The notes beneath the pieces were generated by a model. The model was not told the origin of the DNA. It saw nothing but the letters and a program-made list of their open reading frames with translations, and did no database searches. From contig CAWJMB010000002.1 in NCBI GenBank assembly GCA_963843845.1, positions 1,152,001 through 1,216,000 on the forward strand: DNA of 64,000 nt, in the 5' to 3' direction. A program made the translations under genes and the position numbers. This document shows, one piece after another, positions 57,401 to 64,000 of the stretch (positions within the stretch are counted from its first letter, which is position 1; every line of letters starts with the position of its first letter). This stretch comes from an uncultured Gemmatimonadaceae bacterium. Its GTDB lineage: Bacteria; Gemmatimonadota; Gemmatimonadetes; Gemmatimonadales; Gemmatimonadaceae.

Positions 57401-58678
57401 CAGGAATCCGGTGTAGAGCAACAAGTTCGGCGTGCCGACCGGCAGATCCGTCAGGCCGGCCCGGAACGCGATGGCGTTCGGCGTCGCATTGCTCACGAGC
57501 GCCGCGCTGACCTCGGCCGGGCTCGCGGTCGGGTGGAGCTGGAGGTACAGAGCCGCCGCCCCGGTCACGAAGGGCGCCGCCATCGACGTGCCGCTCGACA
57601 CCCCGGTCGCCGTGGTGCCGCCGATCCAGTCCGACGTGATGTCGAGCCCCGGCGCGAAGAGATCGACGCACGGACCGGTCTTCGAGAAGCCCGCGACGAC
57701 GTCGCCAGACGCCGACGCGCCGACGGTGATCGCATTGCGCGCGCGTCCGGGCGAGAAGTCACACGCATCGGTCGAGATCCCCTCGACGTTCGCCTGGTTT
57801 CCCGCGGCGACGACGTACGTGACGCCAGACGCGATGGACGTCGCGATGGCCTGGTCGAGCGCGTCCGAGGCGCCGACCGAGATGCTCATGTTCGCGACCG
57901 CCGGGAGCCGACGATTCGCGGTCACCCAGTCGACGCCGGCGAGGATCGTCGACACCGGCTGCGAGAGGTTGCACGGCAGCACGCGCACGGCGACGAGCGA
58001 CGCCTGCTTCGCGACGCCGACCCCGGTCCCCGCAGCGATGCCGCCGACGTGCGTCCCGTGTCCGTGGCAGTCGATCCCGGTGCCGTTCGAATCGACGAAA
58101 TCGGCGCCCAACGACGCGCGGCCGCCGAAATCGGCGTGACCGTAGTTGAGCCCCGTGTCCAGGATGTAGATCGTGACGCCCGCCCCGGTGGCGTTGTAGG
58201 TGTAGTTCCCGTCGCCGCCGGCGCGCTGGTCGACGCGGTCGAGCCACCAGGGGACGCCGCTCTGCACCGCCGCGCCGCGCGCCATCTGGTCCTGCTCGAC
58301 GAACGCGACGTTGGCGTCGTCGGCGATGCGCTGCGCGTACGACTCCGGAATGTTGAGCGTGATCCCCTTGATGGCCGACCCGTACCGCCGTACGACACGC
58401 CCGCCGAACTGGGCGAGGATCTGGTCAGCGACGTTGTTCGGATCGGAGATGCTCTCCTTGAACACGACGATGTACTGGTCGGCGATCCACTCGCGCGCCA
58501 CACCGGCCGTGGGGGGCATCGAGGCCGCGCTCAACAGCTTCGTGGGGTGCCGCTCGATCGGGGCGATCGGCGGCTCGGAGAGGTCGGAGCATGCGAGGCC
58601 GACCATCAGGAACGGCACCGCCGCGGAGAGGCGTGCGAACGGCCCGCGCCACGAAGGCGCGCGGGGTGATGAGAACAT
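54402..58678 (-). CDS. Large surface S8 subtilisin lipoprotein: I9 propeptide, S8, ricin-B lectin, about 9 Big_2 Ig repeats, PKD (indel near 55210)
   Basis: GLAC lipobox; YIVVFK I9; LDTG/HGTH/GTSMAAP triad; QTW/QKW/QRW lectin motifs; repeated W(T/S)SS(N/D)..VATVS..G.VTAV..G.A.ITATSEGKS; WTWGDG...YTVTLKVTN PKD. Confidence 0.9.
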
Positions 58679-58851
58679 GAAGCGGGTGCTTGAAGTGAGC
58701 GACGGAGGCGGGCTGACCCAGCCGTGGAGCGGCGGTCAGGGTCATCGGCGGGCTACCCACCGACGATTGCAATTACGGCTCAGTCTGTCAAGCAGATTCT
58801 TCTCGCGCGTGACCTGGCGCACGCCACGACGCGTCGCTCCCCACTAGCGAC

Positions 58852-59442
58852 TCAGATGGCCGACCGCACGACCCCTTCGAGCAGCGACAGAAGGAAATAC
58901 GCCACGATCGGCGTGACGTCGATCATCCCGAGCGACGGGATGACCTGGCGCAGCGGATTGAGAATCCAGTCGGTGAGCGCGAACGCCCACCGGATCCACG
59001 GCGAGTAGGGGCTGAGCTGGAACCACGACGAGATCACGCGGAGGAGCAGCGCGATCCGCAGGACGCCGAAGGTCCACGAGACGAGCAGCGCCACGAGCCC
59101 GCGTGTTCCCCCCGCGGTCGCGGCGAGCATGACGAGCGCCTGCTGTCGGATGAACCCCAGCACGGTGACGAGGACGATGCCGCCGATCACGACCGCGGCC
59201 ACGCCCCACCACGGGGCGCTCGTCGGCGTCCCGCCGGCCCGCAGCACGCGCCGCTCGACCGGCGCGAACAGGGGGTCGACGTTCGCGCGGACGAAGCGTG
59301 CAGGCGCGCCGAACGGGCTGAGCCGACGCGACCGTGCCAGGAACGACAGCGCGGCGAGCGCCGCGGCGACGAGCGCGATCCAGAACACCGCCGTGCGCGC
59401 CGTGGCGATGAGGATGTCGAGTACGAGCAGAAACGTGTTCAC
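58852..59442 (-). CDS. yggT: YggT-family membrane protein (two repeats)
   Basis: RVISSW, LTDWILNPLRQVIP, IDVTPIVA; GTG start 59442. Confidence 0.88.
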   Translation of the reverse strand: MNTFLLVLDILIATARTAVFWIALVAAALAALSFLARSRRLSPFGAPARFVRANVDPLFAPVERRVLRAGGTPTSAPWWGVAAVVIGGIVLVTVLGFIRQQALVMLAATAGGTRGLVALLVSWTFGVLRIALLLRVISSWFQLSPYSPWIRWAFALTDWILNPLRQVIPSLGMIDVTPIVAYFLLSLLEGVVRSAI

Positions 59443-59600
59443 CGGGCGAAAGCTCGTGGATCGCGGATGGCGCTGGAAGTGGCGCGACCGCGCGTCCCTC
59501 CCTAAACGCGGCCGGCCACGGCAGATTGCTCGGCCGTGACCAGCCGGGCGCGTCACGCGTCCGGTGCGTGGACGCGTAGCCTCACCTCAGACGTACCCCG

Positions 59601-60679
59601 GTGGCAGACACCCTGTTTCGGCACAAGCCGCTCATCGCGGATCGCAAGATCCGCTTCGCACTCGTCGGCTGCGGCCGCATCTCCGGCAATCACGTCGAGG
59701 CGCTGGCTCGCCACGCCGACCGCGCCGAGCTCGTCGCCGTGTGCGACGTCGATCAGACGGCGGCCGACGCGGCGGCCGCGCGCACCGGCGCGATCGCCTA
59801 CACGTCGCTCGACGAGATGCTCGAGCGCACGCGACGCCGACGCCGTCATCCTCACGACGCCGAGCGGGCTGCACCCGCAGCAGGCGATCGAGGTCGCGCG
59901 CGCCGGCCGCCACGTCATGACCGAGAAGCCGATGGCGACGCGCTGGGAGGACGGCATGGCGATGGTGCGCGCCTGCGACGAGGCCGGCGTGCGCCTGTTC
60001 GTCGTCAAGCAGAACCGCCGCAACGCCACGCTGCAGCTGCTCAAGCGCGCCGTCGAGAAGGAGCGCTTCGGCCGCATCTACATGGTCAACGTCAACGTGT
60101 TCTGGACGCGCCCGCAGGCGTACTACGACAGCGCGGCGTGGCGCGGCACGTGGGAGTTCGACGGCGGCGCGTTCATGAACCAGGCGAGCCACTACGTCGA
60201 CCTGCTCGACTGGCTCGATCGGCCCGGTCGAGAGCGTGCAGGCCTACACGGCCACGCTGGCGCGCAACATCGAGGTCGAGGACACGGGCGTCGTCAGCGT
60301 GCGCTGGCGCACCGGCGCGCTCGGCTCGATGAACGTCACGATGCTGACCTACCCGAAGAACCTCGAAGGATCGATCACGATCCTCGGCGAGAAGGGCACC
60401 GTGCGCATCGGCGGCGTCGCCGTCAACGAGATCCAGCACTGGGAGTTCGCCGAGCCGGACCCGAGGACGACGCGCTCGTGGAGCAGGCGAGCTACGAGAC
60501 CACGTCGGTCTACGGCTTCGGCCACCCGCTCTACTACGACAACGTGATCAACGTGCTGCGCGGCGAGGCGGAGCCGGAGACCGACGGCCGCGAGGGGCTC
60601 AAGTCGCTCGAGATCGCTGATCGCCGTCTACCTCTCGGCGCGCGACGGCAAGCGCGTCGCGCTGCCGCTGGAGTACTGA
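59601..60679 (+). CDS. wbpB: Gfo/Idh/MocA oxidoreductase, UDP-GlcNAcA 3-dehydrogenase-like (indels)
   Basis: [57 protein letters not shown]. Confidence 0.88.
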
Positions 60680-60680
60680 G

Positions 60681-61292
60681 ATGGCGGCGAAGATCCACGC
60701 GACGGCCATCGTCGACGACGGCGCGCAGCTCGGCGACGAGCACGCGCGTCTGGCACTGGGTGCACGTGTGCGGCGGGGCGCGCATCGGCGCGCGGCTGCT
60801 CGCTCGGCCAGAACGTCTACGTCGGCAACGACGTCGTCATCGGCGACAACGTCAAGATCCAGAACAACGTCTCGGTCTACGACGCCGTCACGCTCGAGGA
60901 CGACGTGTTCTGCGGCCCGAGCATGGTCTTCACCAACGTCTACAACCCGCGCTCGGCGGTCGTCGCGCAAGGACGAGTACCGCGACACACTCGTGAAGCG
61001 CGGCGCGACGCTCGGCGCCAACTGCACGATCGTCTGCGGGCGGACGATCGGCGAGTACGCGTTCGTCGGCGCCGGCGCGGTCGTCAACCGCGACGTGCCC
61101 GACTACGCCCTGATGGTCGGCGTGCCGGCGCGCCAGATCGGCTGGATGAGCCGCTTCGGCGAACAGCTCGACCTGCCGCTCACCGGCAGCGGTACGACGA
61201 CGTGCGCCAACACCGGCGCGCGCTACGAACTCGTCGACGGCCGCGTGCGGCACGCCGACCCCTCAGAGCCAGACGCGAAGGCACACGCATGA
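60681..61292 (+). CDS. wbpD: Hexapeptide N-acetyltransferase, WbpD/WlbB-like (indels)
   Basis: [53 protein letters not shown]. Confidence 0.88.
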   Translation: MAAKIHATAIVDDGAQLGDEHARLALGARVRRGAHRRAAARSARTSTSATTSSSATTSRSRTTSRSTTPSRSRTTCSAARAWSSPTSTTRARRSSRKDEYRDTLVKRGATLGANCTIVCGRTIGEYAFVGAGAVVNRDVPDYALMVGVPARQIGWMSRFGEQLDLPLTGSGTTTCANTGARYELVDGRVRHADPSEPDAKAHA

Positions 61293-62299
61293 TCGAGAAC
61301 AAGAGGATCTTCATCACCGGCGGCGCCGGCTTCATCGGGTCCACGCTCGCCGAGCAGCTCATCGACCGCAACCAGGTCGTGCTGTTCGACAACCTCGCGC
61401 GCAACTCGCTGAAGGACAAAGCGTTCCGCGGCCACGAGAACCTCAGCCTCATCGAGGGCGACATCCTCGACGTCGAGGCGCTGTCGCGCGCGATGCAGGG
61501 GGCCGACGTCGTCGTGCACTGCGCGGCGATCGCCGGCATCGACACGGTCATCAAGAGCCCCGTGCGCACGATGCGCGTGAACATGATCGGCTCGGCGAAC
61601 GTGCTCGAGGCGGCGGCGAAGCTGTCGCACGTCGACCGCGTCGTCTGCTTCTCGACGACCGAGGTGTTCGGCCAGCAGGCGTTCCGCTCGCAGGAGACCG
61701 ACAACACGGTCATGGGACGCGTCGGCGAGGCGCGGTGGACCTACGCGGTCAGCAAGCTCGCCGAAGAGCATCTCGCGATCTCGTACTACAAGGAGCTCGG
61801 GCTGCCGACGTCGGTCGTCCGCCCGTTCAACGTCTACGGCCCGGGGCAGATCGGGGAAGGCGCGATCCGCACGTTCATCCAGCGCGCCGTGCGCAACGAG
61901 CCGATCCAGATCCACGGCGACGGCACGCAGATCCGGGCCTGGTGCTACGTCGACGACATGGTGAACGGCGTGCTGCTCGCGATGGCGCACCCGCGCGCGG
62001 TCGGCGAGTCGTTCAACATCGGCAACCAGCGCGCGGTGACGACGATCTACGGCCTCGCGAGCGCCGTCGTCCGCGTGCTCGGCTCGACGTCGCCGATCGA
62101 GTTCATCCGCCGTGACTACGCCGACGTCGAGCTGCGCATCCCCGCCGTGGAGAAGGCGCGCGAGCTGCTCGGCTTCGAGGCCCAGGTCGACCTCGAGGAA
62201 GGGATCCAGCGCGCGGCGGTCTTCTACCGGGCGCAGATGGACGAGGAGGCCGGCGCAGCGGCCGCCGCGCTCGCTCCCGTCGAGGCCGCGGTCGCGTGA
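61289..62299 (+). CDS. NAD-dependent epimerase/dehydratase (extended SDR)
   Basis: [39 protein letters not shown]. Confidence 0.92.
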   Translation: MIENKRIFITGGAGFIGSTLAEQLIDRNQVVLFDNLARNSLKDKAFRGHENLSLIEGDILDVEALSRAMQGADVVVHCAAIAGIDTVIKSPVRTMRVNMIGSANVLEAAAKLSHVDRVVCFSTTEVFGQQAFRSQETDNTVMGRVGEARWTYAVSKLAEEHLAISYYKELGLPTSVVRPFNVYGPGQIGEGAIRTFIQRAVRNEPIQIHGDGTQIRAWCYVDDMVNGVLLAMAHPRAVGESFNIGNQRAVTTIYGLASAVVRVLGSTSPIEFIRRDYADVELRIPAVEKARELLGFEAQVDLEEGIQRAAVFYRAQMDEEAGAAAAALAPVEAAVA

Positions 62300-63450
62300 T
62301 CCGGCTGACGCGCCCGTCGATCGAGGCGGACGACCTCGAGGCCGTGCGTGAGGCGATCGCGTCCGGCTACCTGGTGCAGGGGCCGCGCGTCGCGGCGTTC
62401 GAGCAGGCCGTCGCCGACCTCGTGGGCACGCGGCACGCCGTGGCGGTCACGAACTGCACGGCGGCGTTGCAGATGGCGCTCATGGCCGTCGACGTCGGCC
62501 CCGGCGACGTCGTGGTCGTCGGCGCGTACTCGTGGCCGACGACGGCGAACGTCGTCGAGCTGTGCGGCGCGCAGCCGGTGTTCGTCGACGTCGATCCGCA
62601 CACGTTCAACATCGACCCCGACGCGCTCGAGGAGACGCTCGCGCGCCTCGCGCGGTCGCCGGAGCTCGTGAAGCGCCTGAAGGCGATCGTTCCGATCCAC
62701 ACGTTCGGACAGACGGCCGACCTGCCCCGCATCGCGGCGCTCGCCGAGCGCTACGGCGTCCCGGTGATCGAGGACGCGGCGTGCGCGTTAGGCGCCTCGC
62801 TCGGCGGGCGGCAGGCCGGCGCGTGGGGCGCGATGGGGTGCTTCAGCTTCCATCCGCGCAAGGCGGTCACGACGGGGGAAGGGGGCGCCATCACCACGAA
62901 CGATGAACGCCTCGCCCGCTATCTCCGTGCGCTTCGCAATCACGGCCAGGACTTCGATGCCGGCGCGCCCGACCAGTTCGTCATGCCCGGCTTCAACAAT
63001 CGCATGACGGAGTTCCAGGCGGCGTTGGGCGTCACGCAGATGACGAAGGTCGCGCGCATCAACGCGGCGCGCCGCGCGCTCGCGGCGCGCTACGACGCCC
63101 TGCTCGACCCGGCGCTCGAGCGGCGCGGTGCGCGCGCGCCCGACGAGCGGCACGTCTTTCAATCGTACGTCGTACTGCTTCCCGCGGAGCTCGCCGCGCG
63201 GCGCGCGTCGATCATCGCGGCCATGCGCGACCGGGGCGTCGAGGCGCAGGTGGGGACGTACCACATGCCGCTCATCACCTACTACCGATCGAAGTACGGA
63301 CATCGCGTCGGCGACTTTCCGGTGTGCGACGACGTCGCGGCGCGGGCGCTGACCCTCCCGCTGTACGAGGGGATGACCGAGGCGGAGCTCACAGAGGTGG
63401 CGAGCGTGGCGAGCGCGGTGCTCGACGGCGAGAGCGTCGGCGCGCACTGA
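62296..63450 (+). CDS. DegT/DnrJ/EryC1/StrS aminotransferase
   Basis: [45 protein letters not shown]. Confidence 0.93.
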   Translation: MIRLTRPSIEADDLEAVREAIASGYLVQGPRVAAFEQAVADLVGTRHAVAVTNCTAALQMALMAVDVGPGDVVVVGAYSWPTTANVVELCGAQPVFVDVDPHTFNIDPDALEETLARLARSPELVKRLKAIVPIHTFGQTADLPRIAALAERYGVPVIEDAACALGASLGGRQAGAWGAMGCFSFHPRKAVTTGEGGAITTNDERLARYLRALRNHGQDFDAGAPDQFVMPGFNNRMTEFQAALGVTQMTKVARINAARRALAARYDALLDPALERRGARAPDERHVFQSYVVLLPAELAARRASIIAAMRDRGVEAQVGTYHMPLITYYRSKYGHRVGDFPVCDDVAARALTLPLYEGMTEAELTEVASVASAVLDGESVGAH

Positions 63451-63475
63451 CGTCGCGGCGCGACGACGCCGAGCG

Positions 63476-64000
63476 TCAGTCGGCGTCGTCGCGCAGCGGC
63501 GGGAGCTGCCGGACGACCCGCGCCGGGTTGCCGGCGACGACCGTGTACGGCGGGACGTCGCGCGTGACGACCGCACCGGCGCCGACGACCGCTCCGCGGC
63601 CGATGGTGACGCCGGCCAGGATGACGCACCCCGTGCCGAGCCACGCGTCATCGTCGATGCGCACCGGCGCCGTCACGGACAGGCGCTCTCGCACCTCGGC
63701 GAGTTCTGCCAGACGCGAGTTGTTCGGCCACGACGACGCGACGATCGTGACGTTGTGCGCGATGGCCACGCGCGCGCCGAACCGCACGAGCCCGGCGAAG
63801 TCGTCGTAGAGCACGAGATTCGCGTTGACATAGGTGCCGTCGCCGATCTCGACGCCGCTCGCGACGAAGAGCAGGCGCCTGAGCCGTCCATCGGGATGAT
63901 TGATGGCGAGCCAGCGCACGATCTTCCTCGGCAGCTCCGCGCACCGCGCCTCGACCTCGGCGTCCGTGAGCAGATCGTACCCGAGCAGCAGTTCGGTCAC
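63476..64000 (-). CDS. Hexapeptide-repeat acyltransferase (may be 5' truncated)
   Basis: [47 protein letters not shown]. Confidence 0.88.
   Translation of the reverse strand: MTELLLGYDLLTDAEVEARCAELPRKIVRWLAINHPDGRLRRLLFVASGVEIGDGTYVNANLVLYDDFAGLVRFGARVAIAHNVTIVASSWPNNSRLAELAEVRERLSVTAPVRIDDDAWLGTGCVILAGVTIGRGAVVGAGAVVTRDVPPYTVVAGNPARVVRQLPPLRDDAD

Overview
High-GC (roughly 70-73% by eye) bacterial chromosomal segment, probably Gemmatimonadota. The taxonomy is inferred from protein style and gene content, not verified. It holds about 49 CDSs: leuS, kup, nth, an ECF sigma module, a TetR-TolC-EmrA-EmrB efflux operon, many secreted peptidases/hydrolases, a FadL-SGNH pair, two nucleotide-sugar cassettes (rfbB-rfbA-wxcM-fdtB and wbpB-wbpD-epimerase-aminotransferase) and a methionine locus (yitJ <- acyltransferase <- | -> sahR-like -> metH). 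No rRNA, tRNA, CRISPR, transposase, integrase or phage gene was seen. Many conserved genes carry small indels that are most likely assembly errors. The most notable sub-gene signals are: (i) 12 exact copies of the octamer CGTTAGGC, all inside genes on the sense strand, 11 of them forcing the otherwise rare TTA codon (a candidate HIP1/Chi/DUS-like genome-wide motif); (ii) two 18-bp CATAA-N8-TTATG operators of a SahR/SamR-like regulator that form a 28-bp direct repeat around an acyltransferase gene; (iii) repeated TAnnnT boxes 6-7 nt before start codons, suggesting leaderless mRNAs; (iv) two TetR operators and several long palindromes built from short tandem units.
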